A stretch of 64,000 nt of DNA, from the IMG/VR virus record IMGVR_UViG_3300046028_008994; one strand, written 5' to 3'. The translations under genes and the position numbers were made by a program. Below, piece after piece: positions 20,133-30,198 of the stretch. Each line of letters starts with the position of its first letter. Position 1 is the stretch's first letter. The notes below the pieces were generated by a model. It worked only from the letters and a program-made list of their open reading frames with translations, was not told where the DNA came from and did not search any database. The DNA is from a virus.

Positions 20133-20810
20133 ATGTCAGATAAGAAAAAATTCGATTTAGAATGTGTTACGCCCGGTTTTGCCAATGGCTTAGCACCAGG
20201 TGCACCATTCACCGAATCTCAAAAATGGGAAATGGTAGTAGAGGCTGAAGAAGCATATGGTAAATTTCTAGATGCATTAAAATGTGATTGGAGAAATGAC
20301 CCAAATTCATCAAACACACCACACAGAGTAGCAAAAGCATATGTTTTTGATTTATGGAAAGGTAGATACGAGGATATGAGTGGAATAACTTCATTTCCAT
20401 CAGATGGTTATGATGGTATTGTAATCGAACGTAACATTCCATTAACAAGTATGTGTTCACATCACCACCAAACAATTGGAGGTGTAGTTCATGTTGGTTA
20501 TATTGTTGGTGAAAATGGTAGTGTAATCGGTTTATCAAAATTAAATCGTATTGTAGAACATTTTGGGCGCAGAGGTGCTATTCAAGAACAATTAACATCA
20601 GCAATTCATCAAGCAGTAGATAAAGTTTGTGAAAACAACAGAGGTGTTATTGTAACAGTAGTAGCAACACACAATTGTGTAAAATGTAGAGGTGTTAAAC
20701 ATCAAGGTGCATCAATGGTTACAACTAAAGCATCAGGAGTGTTTATGGATAATGCTAATCAAGCACGTACAGAGTATTTTGATAGTTTAAAAATTAATGG
20801 AAGTTTATAA
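20133..20810 (+). CDS. folE: GTP cyclohydrolase I
   Basis: TPHRVAK, SMCSHH, GLSKLNR, IQE, H.C..CRG. Confidence 0.92.
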   Translation: MSDKKKFDLECVTPGFANGLAPGAPFTESQKWEMVVEAEEAYGKFLDALKCDWRNDPNSSNTPHRVAKAYVFDLWKGRYEDMSGITSFPSDGYDGIVIERNIPLTSMCSHHHQTIGGVVHVGYIVGENGSVIGLSKLNRIVEHFGRRGAIQEQLTSAIHQAVDKVCENNRGVIVTVVATHNCVKCRGVKHQGASMVTTKASGVFMDNANQARTEYFDSLKINGSL

Positions 20811-20811
20811 T

Positions 20812-21264
20812 ATGGTAACAATTTACGCACACAAAAATCATCCAGATGCTGTTATACCTGAAGTAGCTTATGGTAAAACATCAGCTTGTTTCGATATTAC
20901 TTGTACTGAAACAACAATAATTCCACCAAACGGTAAAGCAGTAGTACCTAATGGTTTAAATTTAGTAATAGAAGATAATTATAAATATTGGATGCAAATT
21001 CAATTAAGATCATCTAAAGGATTTAAACATGATTTAATTCCTCATTACGGAACTGTTGATCCTGGTTATACAGGTGATTTAGGTATTAAAATATACAATG
21101 TTGGTTCAACACCAGTAACTATTGAAAAAGGGGAAAGATATGCTCAAATAGCTGTTATCCCAATCCCAGAATATGAGATTATAGAATTAGATGATACTGA
21201 ATTTGAATCTGTAAAATCTCGTCAAGGTAGAGGAGATAAAGGATTTGGTTCTTCTGGTAAATAA
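20812..21264 (+). CDS. dut: Trimeric dUTPase (start at 20812 or 20797)
   Basis: RSS, GTVDPGYTG, RYAQ, RGDKGFGSSG. Confidence 0.9.
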   Translation: MVTIYAHKNHPDAVIPEVAYGKTSACFDITCTETTIIPPNGKAVVPNGLNLVIEDNYKYWMQIQLRSSKGFKHDLIPHYGTVDPGYTGDLGIKIYNVGSTPVTIEKGERYAQIAVIPIPEYEIIELDDTEFESVKSRQGRGDKGFGSSGK

Positions 21265-21278
21265 TAATATTTATAATC

Positions 21279-21569
21279 ATGAAAAAAGCAGATAACTTCA
21301 ACCCTGGGAAGTGGTTAGTAGAAAACAAATTAACTAATCAATCACAGTTGAATGAAATGCCTATAATAATGGATCCTAATAGAAAAGTAGATTTAAATTC
21401 AATAGAACTTGATGGTGTTGATCCATCTGATTATCCTGATTTTTCTGATGCTTATGTAATATATGCTCAATACACAGATGGGACCCCACTAACAGAAGAT
21501 GAATTAGATGAATTTAATGATAAACATTATGATATAGCTCAGGAATTAGCTTTAGAAAGATTTTACTAG
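21279..21569 (+). CDS. Acidic small protein with leader MKKADNFNPGKWLVE
   Basis: ATATTTATA-ATC-ATG; body DYPDFSDAY. Confidence 0.6.
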   Translation: MKKADNFNPGKWLVENKLTNQSQLNEMPIIMDPNRKVDLNSIELDGVDPSDYPDFSDAYVIYAQYTDGTPLTEDELDEFNDKHYDIAQELALERFY

Positions 21570-21596
21570 AAAATAAAATTAAAATTTTATAACATT

Positions 21597-21630
21597 AAGG
21601 CTTGGGAAACCAAGCCTTTTTTTGTATATT
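21597..21630 (+). promoter_or_regulatory. Terminator-like hairpin plus promoter for polB
   Basis: AAGGCTTGG-GAAA-CCAAGCCTT, T-run, TATATT at 21625. Confidence 0.75.
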
Positions 21631-21638
21631 AACAGAGA

Positions 21639-24299
21639 ATGTATCAATCAATTTATTATGATAAAGACGAAAAACAATATTATCTAAGAGATGATAGTTG
21701 GGAAGGCTTTAAGGAATTCCAATATTGGCCTACTTATTATCAAAAAGATTATGAAGGTGAATTTGAAACATTAGAAGGTGAACGAGTATCTGCTGTTAAT
21801 CGTATTAAAGATTGGAAAGATACAAGTTATTTTGAAAAAGATGTTGATAGAACCACACGTTTATTAGTAGACCAATATTATGAATCAGACGAAACACCAA
21901 AATTCCACAATATTGTTTATTTAGATATAGAGTGTGAAATATTAGGTGCATTAACCGAAGAAAGTATTAAACAAGCATTAGCTAAAATAACAGCACTTGC
22001 TTTATATGATAATAATTCTAAAAAATACTATTGTTTAATATTAGATGAAACAGGTACTATGGAAGAAGTACATGATGATACTAAAGAGGTAATACCTTAC
22101 ACTTCCGAATCTGATTTATTACATGGTTTTTTAAATAAATGGTATCAATTAGATCCTACAATTGTTACAGGATGGAATAGTATGTTTTTTGATATACCTT
22201 ATTTGTATTATAGAATAAGTAAAGTATTAGGTACAGATATAGCTAAAACATTATCTCCAATCAATAAAATAAAAATAACACCATATTCAGAACAACCAGT
22301 AAGTATTGGAGGGGTTGCGCATTTAGATTATATGCTTTTATTTAAAAAGTTTATTACTAAACAAGAACCAACTTATCGATTAGGTGATATTGGTACTAAG
22401 TATGTTAAATTAGGTAAAATTGAATATGATGGTTCATTAGATAATTTATTTAGAGAAGATGTAAATAAGTTTATTGAATATAATGTTCGAGACGTTGAAA
22501 TTATTGTTGAATTAGAGAAAAAATTAAAATTTATTGAATTAACAATTACAATTTGTCATTTGTGTCATACTGATTACGAACAGATTTACTTATCAACAAT
22601 GTTAAATGAGGGAGCAATTTTAACATATTTAAAACGTAAAGGAATTGTTTCACCTAATAAACCTACAACAATGAATCCTGCTTTAAGGGATTTAAGTGTT
22701 AAAAAAGCAAAATGGGAATATGAGCAAGGTAATATTACTAAAGAGGAATTAGAAGAAATTATATTCTTAGCAGAATATGCAGGTGGTTATTTAAAAGATC
22801 CTATTCCTGGTTTATATGAGTGGGTTATTGACTTAGACTTTACCTCGTTATATCCTTCAATCATTCGTTCACTTAATATGGGTATTGAAACTCTAGTAGG
22901 TCGTGTTGTAAATGGAGGTAAATTTGATAATCAATGGTCTTTAAAGGAATTAAAACAAATGGATCCTAATAAAGTAGTTGTTATTGAAAAAATTAAAAAG
23001 AATAGAACAATTGCTACTTCACAAATTACAGTAGGCGGATTAATTAGTATTATTGAAAGTAATGATTTAATAATTTCTGCTCCTGGTGTTATATTCCGTA
23101 AAGATAAATCTAGTATTGTTTGTGAAATTTTATCTGATTGGTTTGCTAAACGTCAAGAATATAAAGATTTGATGAAACAAGCATACAAATCAGGTAATAA
23201 AGAGTTAGGTGATTTTTATAATAGTAGACAACATGCTTACAAGATTAAATTAAATGACGTTTATGGTGTATTTGCTATTAACGGATGGAGATACACAGAT
23301 GGTAATAAGTTTATATCTAAAGCTATTACACTAACAGGTCAACGATTAACACAAGAATCAATTAAATTTGTAAATATTTGGTTAAATGAACAATTAGGTA
23401 CAGAAGATAAAGATTACATTGTAACATCAGATACTGACTCGTTGTTTATTCAAGTTAAAGATTTAATATTATTCCGTAAACCAGAATTAGCCACTGCAGA
23501 TCAAGAAACAATTGTACAAGAGGTATTAAAAGTTGCTACTGAAATACAATCATTAGCAAATAATTATTTAAATACTTTAGTACAAGAGTTATTTAACATT
23601 AAATTTCCTGACGAACCACATTATTTTGAATTAAAACAAGAGGTTGTATTAGATAGAGGTTATTTTGCAGGTAAAAGAAGATACGCAATGCATATTGTTA
23701 ATAAAGAAGGTGTAACAGTAGATGAACTAGATGTTAAAGGATTAGATTTGATGAAATCAAATTTCCCTCCTATATTTAGAAAATTTGGTGAACATATTAT
23801 TAATGAAATTATGTTTGGTAGAGAAAAAACTGATATTGATAAACAAATTCTAGATTTTAGAACATCAATAAGAACAGTTGATTGGAGAACAATATTAAAA
23901 CCAACAGGTTTAAAGAAGATGAAAGAATATATTGCATCACCTCCTATGACTGGTGATATATTTTCAAGATTAGGTAACAAATGTCCAATTAATACAAAAG
24001 CTGCTATTTATTATAATGATATTTTACGATTTAAAAAGTTAGATAAAAAATATCCAACATTTCAAATTGGTGATAAAATGTTTATAGCTTACTTAAAAGA
24101 CAACCCATACCGAGTTGATGTTGTAGGATTTAATGGGTATAATGATCCACCTGAAATAATGGAATTTGTTGAAAAATATATAGATAGAGACGGTTTATTT
24201 GATTCAGTTATGAAAAATAAATTAGAATCATTATATTCAGATTTAGGATGGGGTGCTGTAGTATTAAATCAAAATATTAACAAATTCTTTAAGTTTTAG
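21639..24299 (+). CDS. Family B DNA polymerase (gp43-like)
   Basis: ExoI DIE, FDIPY, YN..D, DFTSLYPS, K..LN..YG, SDTDS, KGL. Confidence 0.95.
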   Translation: MYQSIYYDKDEKQYYLRDDSWEGFKEFQYWPTYYQKDYEGEFETLEGERVSAVNRIKDWKDTSYFEKDVDRTTRLLVDQYYESDETPKFHNIVYLDIECEILGALTEESIKQALAKITALALYDNNSKKYYCLILDETGTMEEVHDDTKEVIPYTSESDLLHGFLNKWYQLDPTIVTGWNSMFFDIPYLYYRISKVLGTDIAKTLSPINKIKITPYSEQPVSIGGVAHLDYMLLFKKFITKQEPTYRLGDIGTKYVKLGKIEYDGSLDNLFREDVNKFIEYNVRDVEIIVELEKKLKFIELTITICHLCHTDYEQIYLSTMLNEGAILTYLKRKGIVSPNKPTTMNPALRDLSVKKAKWEYEQGNITKEELEEIIFLAEYAGGYLKDPIPGLYEWVIDLDFTSLYPSIIRSLNMGIETLVGRVVNGGKFDNQWSLKELKQMDPNKVVVIEKIKKNRTIATSQITVGGLISIIESNDLIISAPGVIFRKDKSSIVCEILSDWFAKRQEYKDLMKQAYKSGNKELGDFYNSRQHAYKIKLNDVYGVFAINGWRYTDGNKFISKAITLTGQRLTQESIKFVNIWLNEQLGTEDKDYIVTSDTDSLFIQVKDLILFRKPELATADQETIVQEVLKVATEIQSLANNYLNTLVQELFNIKFPDEPHYFELKQEVVLDRGYFAGKRRYAMHIVNKEGVTVDELDVKGLDLMKSNFPPIFRKFGEHIINEIMFGREKTDIDKQILDFRTSIRTVDWRTILKPTGLKKMKEYIASPPMTGDIFSRLGNKCPINTKAAIYYNDILRFKKLDKKYPTFQIGDKMFIAYLKDNPYRVDVVGFNGYNDPPEIMEFVEKYIDRDGLFDSVMKNKLESLYSDLGWGAVVLNQNINKFFKF

Positions 24300-24313
24300 T
24301 AATATTTATAATT

Positions 24314-24835
24314 ATGAAAGATAATTTTGATGTTCATAAATGGAATAATCAACGAAAACTAACAGAAGCTAATATTTTTGAAATAAAAATAAATAATCCT
24401 TTATCATTAGTAAGATCAAATTTTGACTATGATGGAACTTTTCTATATTTTACCACACAAGAGGGAGGTAAACTATTAAAAAAATTATTACCAATGCCAT
24501 CACCATCTATTTTATCAATTTACTATAAAAAAATACTACCAGAAAATCCTGAGTATCCTAATGTTGTTCAAGAAGCAAAAAAAGCACTTAATGTTATATT
24601 ATTATCTTCCTTAAAAGATAATCCTAATATGACTTTTCGTTTATCAACAATTAAAGAAGACTCTTTATCAAATGGTATGGTTGTTGTTTTAGATATGGAT
24701 AAAGAAAATAATAATGAAGAAAAAAATATTATAATGAGAACTATTAATGACGCTTTAAGTTCATCTGTTGATGATGTTTTAGAAGATATAGTAAATGGAA
24801 ATGAGGCAGGAGATTATGAAGAATATGATGAATAA
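24314..24835 (+). CDS. Hypothetical protein with leader MKDNFDVHKW
   Basis: ATATTTATA-ATT-ATG; leader similar to 4301 and 21279. Confidence 0.6.
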   Translation: MKDNFDVHKWNNQRKLTEANIFEIKINNPLSLVRSNFDYDGTFLYFTTQEGGKLLKKLLPMPSPSILSIYYKKILPENPEYPNVVQEAKKALNVILLSSLKDNPNMTFRLSTIKEDSLSNGMVVVLDMDKENNNEEKNIIMRTINDALSSSVDDVLEDIVNGNEAGDYEEYDE

Positions 24836-24857
24836 TATAATTAATAGATTTTAAATT

Positions 24858-24891
24858 AAGGCTTGGATAACTAAGCCTTTTTTTGTATATT
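24858..24891 (+). promoter_or_regulatory. Terminator-like hairpin plus promoter
   Basis: AAGGCTTGG-ATAA-CTAAGCCTT, TATATT at 24886. Confidence 0.75.
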
Positions 24892-24906
24892 TATAATAAA
24901 TAAGTT

Positions 24907-25647
24907 ATGATTAATAAGTTAGATCTTACGGCTATTATTTCCAAGTATTATTTAAACGGCCTAGTTGAAGCCGTTAAATGGGAAATTCAAGATAACAACC
25001 TTTCAATTAAATTCACTGCACCTGACCGTTCAATGTTAGGTATAGTTAAGCACAGTAATTTTGAAATCGAAGATTCTGTGTTCGGTGTTAATAATACAAC
25101 ACAATTAAACAAACTACTAGGTATTACTAATGGTTATTTAGATCTTAAATATATTAAATACAATAATAAGATTACCAAATTAGTAGTATCAGATAATCAA
25201 TTTACTTTAAATTATGCTGTTGCTGATATACAAATTATCCCAAAAGCAGGAGAATATATCGGAGATGATAGTTACAACATCATGGCTGATTTAGATAATG
25301 AAAGTATTAATGCTATTGTTAAAGCTAAATCAGCTTTAGCAGATAGTGATACAGTTGTATTTAAACCTCACACAGGTGCTGATGGAGATTTACAAATGGA
25401 AATGGAATTTGGTGGAAATATAGAACATTCTAATAAAGTATCGTTTTATATACCAAATATCAAAACAAAAGACTTACCTACAAACTTTAAAGCACATTAC
25501 AATTCAGATTTAATAAAAGAAATAATGTATTGTAATAAAGATGTAGCTACAGGTAAAATGGTTATAAATTTAGATGGGATTATGAGTTTAGTATTTGAAA
25601 GTAATAATCTTAAAAGTGAATATTTTCTAGTTGCAAAAGAAGTATAA
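24907..25647 (+). CDS. DNA polymerase sliding clamp (gp45/PCNA-like)
   Basis: 246 aa, two-domain size, C-terminal G.M.L.F....SEYFLV; position between polB and clamp loader. Confidence 0.65.
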   Translation: MINKLDLTAIISKYYLNGLVEAVKWEIQDNNLSIKFTAPDRSMLGIVKHSNFEIEDSVFGVNNTTQLNKLLGITNGYLDLKYIKYNNKITKLVVSDNQFTLNYAVADIQIIPKAGEYIGDDSYNIMADLDNESINAIVKAKSALADSDTVVFKPHTGADGDLQMEMEFGGNIEHSNKVSFYIPNIKTKDLPTNFKAHYNSDLIKEIMYCNKDVATGKMVINLDGIMSLVFESNNLKSEYFLVAKEV

Positions 25648-25702
25648 GAAAATTTGGATATTATAAAAAATCATCGTATATTTAGTGTAATTAAATTTAG
25701 TT

Positions 25703-26026
25703 ATGACAGAAATAAAAGAACCATCAACCTCCAACACAACAATTATTAGAGATCCTAAAATTGAACCATTTTACATAAGTAAAGATGCTTATTGTTATAC
25801 TATCTTTAAAACGGTTACTCCTGATATAAGATACACAGAAAATAACCAACCAGGTAAAGAATATTCAAAATCATTAGGACATTATAGTAGCTTTGCAAGT
25901 TGTTTAAAAGCTTTAGCAAAAGAAAAAGTAAATGACAATCAAAATTATAGTTCTATACAAGAATATATTGATAAATTTAAAAAATTAGAAACATCAATTA
26001 AAGAATTATTAAACGTAGTAGATTAA
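25703..26026 (+). CDS. Hypothetical protein
   Basis: 107 aa ORF after promoter at 25654. Confidence 0.6.
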   Translation: MTEIKEPSTSNTTIIRDPKIEPFYISKDAYCYTIFKTVTPDIRYTENNQPGKEYSKSLGHYSSFASCLKALAKEKVNDNQNYSSIQEYIDKFKKLETSIKELLNVVD

Positions 26027-26034
26027 ATAAAAAT

Positions 26035-26343
26035 ATGAAATTAGAAGCATTATACAACGCAGTTATCGTTAAGCCATTTGAGGCTGAGGAAACAACTCAC
26101 GGAAACATTATAGTTCCCGATTTAGGAAATGAAAAAAACAAACTAGGAAAAGTAGTAGCAGTAGGAGATGGATATTATTCAGTTACTGGTGCTTGGTTAG
26201 ACACAATTTTAGAAGTAGGAAATATTGTTGTATTACCAACTATGGGATTTACTAAATTAGAACACGAAGGTGAAGAATATTGGATTGGACCTGAAAATCA
26301 AGTATTAGCTCGTCTCAACAATGAAACAGAAGAAAAAATATAA
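26035..26343 (+). CDS. groES: Co-chaperonin GroES
   Basis: GNIIVPD, GKVVAVGDG; precedes GroEL. Confidence 0.9.
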   Translation: MKLEALYNAVIVKPFEAEETTHGNIIVPDLGNEKNKLGKVVAVGDGYYSVTGAWLDTILEVGNIVVLPTMGFTKLEHEGEEYWIGPENQVLARLNNETEEKI

Positions 26344-26348
26344 AAATC

Positions 26349-27959
26349 ATGAGTAAAATTATAGAATTTGGCCCAGAAGCCCGTAAAAAACTATCAGCTG
26401 GTATAGATAAACTAGCAAACGCAGTAACATCAACGTTAGGACCTAATGGTCGTAACGTAGTTATTGCTAATCAAGGTATTCCACAAAGTACAAAAGATGG
26501 TGTTACTGTAGCAAAATCAATCACATTAGAAGATCCAATTGAAGAATTAGGTGTTCAATTACTAAAACAAGCAGCTATTAAAACAGCTGATAATGCTGGT
26601 GATGGTACAACTACATCTACATTATTAGCCCAAGAAATGGTTAAACAAGGTTTACTTCATTTAAATAATGGAGCTAATGCTGTAGAAATTAAACGTAGTA
26701 TTGATAAAACAGTTAAAGAATTAGTTAACTTTATTCGTACAGATATTAAAGAAGATATTTCATCTGAAGACCAACTTAAACAAGTTGCTACAATTTCAGC
26801 AAATAATGATCCTGAAGTAGGTGAATTAATAGCTACTGCAATGCAGAAAGTTGGTCGTGAAGGAGTAGTGTTTATTGAAGAATCTAAAAACGGTGAAACT
26901 TATCTTGAAACAGTAGAAGGAATGCAGTTTGATAGAGGTTACAAATCACCTTATTTTGTTACTGATAATAACACTATGAGTACTACTATTAGTGATGCAT
27001 TGATTTTAATAGCTGATAAAAAATTCACACAAGTTAAAGAATTATTACCAATTTTAGAAGCAGTATCAACACAAAATAAATCATTATTAATTATTGCTGA
27101 AGATATTGAAGGTGAAGCATTAGCTACTTTGATTGTAAATAAAGCAAGAGGAATTTTAAAAGTAGTTGCTGTTAAAGCTCCTGATTTTGGTGATAGAAGA
27201 AAATTAATCCTTGAAGATATTGCTATTATGACTGGTGGTCAAGTATTCAGTACTGAAAAAGGAATGAAACTTGATAAATTTAATTGGGAATGGTTTGGTG
27301 AAGCTAGAGTAGTAACAGTAGGTAAAGATACTACAACATTAGTTGATGGTAAAGGTGAAGCAGAAAAAATCGAAGCTCGTATCACAGAACTACAATCACA
27401 AATTGAAAAGTCAGTATCTCCATATGAAAAAGAAAAATTGCAAGAACGTTTAGCTAAATTTGTGGGTGGAGTAGCAATTGTTCACGTAGGTGGTTTTACT
27501 GAATCTGAAATGAAAGAGAAAAAAGACCGTGTTGATGATGCTTTACAAGCAACAAAAGCCGCTTTAGAAGAAGGTATTGTTCCAGGTGGTGGTGCTGTAT
27601 TATTACACGCTCGTACTAGCATCAATATTAGTGATATTGGTTCACAAATTGTTTATAATGCTTGTGCTGCACCATTTAAGAAAATTTTATCAAATGCTGG
27701 TTATGAGCAAGAAGATATTTATAATGCTGTTAATTCAGTAACAGGTGGTGATTATTGGTTTGGTTGGGATTTAAAATCAGAAGATTTCGTAAATATGAAA
27801 GATGCAGGTATTATTGATCCAGCTAAAGTAACTAGAACAGCACTTGAAAATGCAGCATCAGTTGCAGGTACTATTTTATTAACAGAAGCAGTAGTTGTTG
27901 ATAAACCTGAAGACAATAAAAATGATGACGGATTAGGAAATATGATGGGAATGATGTAA
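26349..27959 (+). CDS. groEL: Chaperonin GroEL
   Basis: TLGPNGRN, TKDGVTVA, AGDGTTT, GMQFDRGY, GIVPGGG, GM tail. Confidence 0.97.
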   Translation: MSKIIEFGPEARKKLSAGIDKLANAVTSTLGPNGRNVVIANQGIPQSTKDGVTVAKSITLEDPIEELGVQLLKQAAIKTADNAGDGTTTSTLLAQEMVKQGLLHLNNGANAVEIKRSIDKTVKELVNFIRTDIKEDISSEDQLKQVATISANNDPEVGELIATAMQKVGREGVVFIEESKNGETYLETVEGMQFDRGYKSPYFVTDNNTMSTTISDALILIADKKFTQVKELLPILEAVSTQNKSLLIIAEDIEGEALATLIVNKARGILKVVAVKAPDFGDRRKLILEDIAIMTGGQVFSTEKGMKLDKFNWEWFGEARVVTVGKDTTTLVDGKGEAEKIEARITELQSQIEKSVSPYEKEKLQERLAKFVGGVAIVHVGGFTESEMKEKKDRVDDALQATKAALEEGIVPGGGAVLLHARTSINISDIGSQIVYNACAAPFKKILSNAGYEQEDIYNAVNSVTGGDYWFGWDLKSEDFVNMKDAGIIDPAKVTRTALENAASVAGTILLTEAVVVDKPEDNKNDDGLGNMMGMM

Positions 27960-27970
27960 ATTTAAAGAAA

Positions 27971-28159
27971 ATGAGAGACGCAGTAAGTTTAATAGGAAAA
28001 TCACTTCAACTTAAAGAAGTAAAATACACCATTAGTAGTGTAAATTTTGTACCCGGAACTAATAAATTGTATATTGGACTAGCTAAGTCTGATGGTGTAA
28101 TGGTAAATTATTCATATTTAGACTTATTGCCGTTTCTTATTGAACAAATTAAGTTATGA
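27971..28159 (+). CDS. Hypothetical protein
   Basis: 62 aa ORF, ATGA-coupled to the next gene. Confidence 0.55.
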   Translation: MRDAVSLIGKSLQLKEVKYTISSVNFVPGTNKLYIGLAKSDGVMVNYSYLDLLPFLIEQIKL

Positions 28160-28407
28160 TAAAAGAAGTTAATAAACTAATAGCAGAACGAGTACCACCA
28201 GGTGATCAATGGACCCTAGTATATGATACTAAAGCTATTATCTATAATTCTATTGCACATACTTTAGAAGCACATTATTGGTTAGCAGATGTTAAACCTA
28301 AAGCATTTAGACTTGAACCAGCAAAAGGTTTATTATTTGCTATTGTAGATGAAGATATAGAAGAAACTATTGAACAACCTAAAACATTTAACATTTATGG
28401 CGAATAA
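28156..28407 (+). CDS. Hypothetical protein
   Basis: 83 aa ORF. Confidence 0.55.
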   Translation: MIKEVNKLIAERVPPGDQWTLVYDTKAIIYNSIAHTLEAHYWLADVKPKAFRLEPAKGLLFAIVDEDIEETIEQPKTFNIYGE

Positions 28408-29332
28408 AGAACATACAATTTTAGTTGAGAAATATAGACCTAAAACATTAGATACTTATCTTTGTGATGATACATTAAGAGATAAATTTCAAACATTTCT
28501 TACTGAACAAGATATTCCACATTTAGGATTCTTTGGATTACAAGGTAGTGGTAAATCAACACTAGCAAAAATATTAGTAAATAATATTAATTGTGATTAT
28601 ATCTATCTAAATGCTACCGAAAACAGAGGTATGGATGATATTAAAGAAAAAGTAGGTTCATTTGCTTCTGCTGCTAGTTTTAAACCATTAAAAATTGTTA
28701 TTTTAGATGAAGCAACTCATATTCTACAAGCATCACAAGTATTGTTGTTAAATATGATAGAAACGTATAGTTTAACGACAAGATTTATTTTGACAGGAAA
28801 TTATCCTGAACGTTTAATTCCACCTCTAAGAAGTAGATTACAAGAATTTAAATTAACTCCTCCATCTAAAAAAGTAGTTGCTAAACATGTAGTTAATATT
28901 TTAGAAACTGAAGATATTGAATTTGAAATAGAAGATTTAGCAAAAATTATTCATAGTTCATATCCTGATTTTAGAAAAATCATCAATACTTGCCAAAAAC
29001 ATATTGTTGATAATGTATTAACATTACCAGGAACATTAAGTAGTAATAATGATTTTAACAAACAAATAATAGATGAATTGAAAAAACCGTCTAGTAAAAC
29101 GTTTAATGCTATTAGACAGATTATCGCAGATAATAATATTTCCTCGTTTGATGACGTGTATAAATACTTATATGACAACGATAATCACTATGCTGTAGGA
29201 TGTGAAGGACAAATAGCAATTATTTTAAACGAGTGTATTTATCAATCAAACTTTAAAGTAGACTTAGAAATAAATTTTATGTCTTGTATCTCTCGTATTA
29301 TTGAAACATTAAAAACAAATAAAATTTTATAA
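28397..29332 (+). CDS. Clamp loader ATPase subunit (gp44/RFC)
   Basis: VEKYRP, GLQGSGKST, ILDEA, FILTGNY, RSR; likely start MANKEH. Confidence 0.9.
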   Translation: MANKEHTILVEKYRPKTLDTYLCDDTLRDKFQTFLTEQDIPHLGFFGLQGSGKSTLAKILVNNINCDYIYLNATENRGMDDIKEKVGSFASAASFKPLKIVILDEATHILQASQVLLLNMIETYSLTTRFILTGNYPERLIPPLRSRLQEFKLTPPSKKVVAKHVVNILETEDIEFEIEDLAKIIHSSYPDFRKIINTCQKHIVDNVLTLPGTLSSNNDFNKQIIDELKKPSSKTFNAIRQIIADNNISSFDDVYKYLYDNDNHYAVGCEGQIAIILNECIYQSNFKVDLEINFMSCISRIIETLKTNKIL

Positions 29333-29337
29333 ACAAA

Positions 29338-29586
29338 ATGAGCAAACAACAACCACAATTAAACACAAACATTGATATCAAAAGCACAACTGCTATCAAA
29401 TCACCAGATGGTAATCAAGTATTCGCTGAAGGTGTAATTTTACGTAAAGTATCTAGATTTATAACAGGTACATCAGAAGACGGAATAATTCCAGTACCAG
29501 TATTTTATGATATAAAAACGGGTAAAGTATTAGTAGAATTATTACCTAAAGAATTGAGAGCAGAGTTCGAAGATGACAATATTTGA
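29338..29586 (+). CDS. Hypothetical protein
   Basis: 82 aa ORF. Confidence 0.55.
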   Translation: MSKQQPQLNTNIDIKSTTAIKSPDGNQVFAEGVILRKVSRFITGTSEDGIIPVPVFYDIKTGKVLVELLPKELRAEFEDDNI

Positions 29587-29983
29587 TTTTTTTAAACAAG
29601 TAACTACCGATAAAAAACCTTGGTCATCTTTTACCGAAGATGAGCAAAAGGCATTTAATCCTTATATGCTACATAAAATAGTATCTATGACCGAGGCTTA
29701 TATCGAAGTTGCTAATTTAGGACAATCATTACCTTATACTGAAAAAGAAAAAATATATAAATTTTATTGTGAATTTTTACCTAAAAAATCTATATATTCA
29801 AAATATATTAAAGGTACTAAAACAAAAGTAAATGAAGATTTATTACAATATATTTCTAAGTATTATGAATGTTCATTTAGAGAAGCTGAAGAATATTTAA
29901 CTCTATTAAGTAAAGAAGATACAGTAAATATTTTGAGCAGATATGGTATTGAAGATAAAGAAATTAAAAAACTAATTAAATGA
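29573..29983 (+). CDS. Clamp loader small subunit (gp62-like)
   Basis: IFDF, FNPYM, ISKYYECS..EAEEYL..L; near gp44-like gene. Confidence 0.7.
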   Translation: MTIFDFFKQVTTDKKPWSSFTEDEQKAFNPYMLHKIVSMTEAYIEVANLGQSLPYTEKEKIYKFYCEFLPKKSIYSKYIKGTKTKVNEDLLQYISKYYECSFREAEEYLTLLSKEDTVNILSRYGIEDKEIKKLIK

Positions 29984-30198
29984 AAGAAGCAGTAAATAAT
30001 CCAGCACACTACGGTGGAGCAGACAATCCTTATGAAGCAATCAAAGTTATTGATGCTTGGGATTTAAATTTTAATTTAGGAAATACAGTTAAATATATTG
30101 CTCGTTGTGGTAAAAAAGATGATGAAATACAAGAGCTTGAGAAAGCAGCTTGGTATTTAAATAACGAGATTAAAAAAAGAAAATCTCGTAATGGATGA
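29980..30198 (+). CDS. DUF3310-like protein
   Basis: VNNPAHY, LGNTVKY..R.GKK, KAAWYL. Confidence 0.8.
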   Translation: MKEAVNNPAHYGGADNPYEAIKVIDAWDLNFNLGNTVKYIARCGKKDDEIQELEKAAWYLNNEIKKRKSRNG

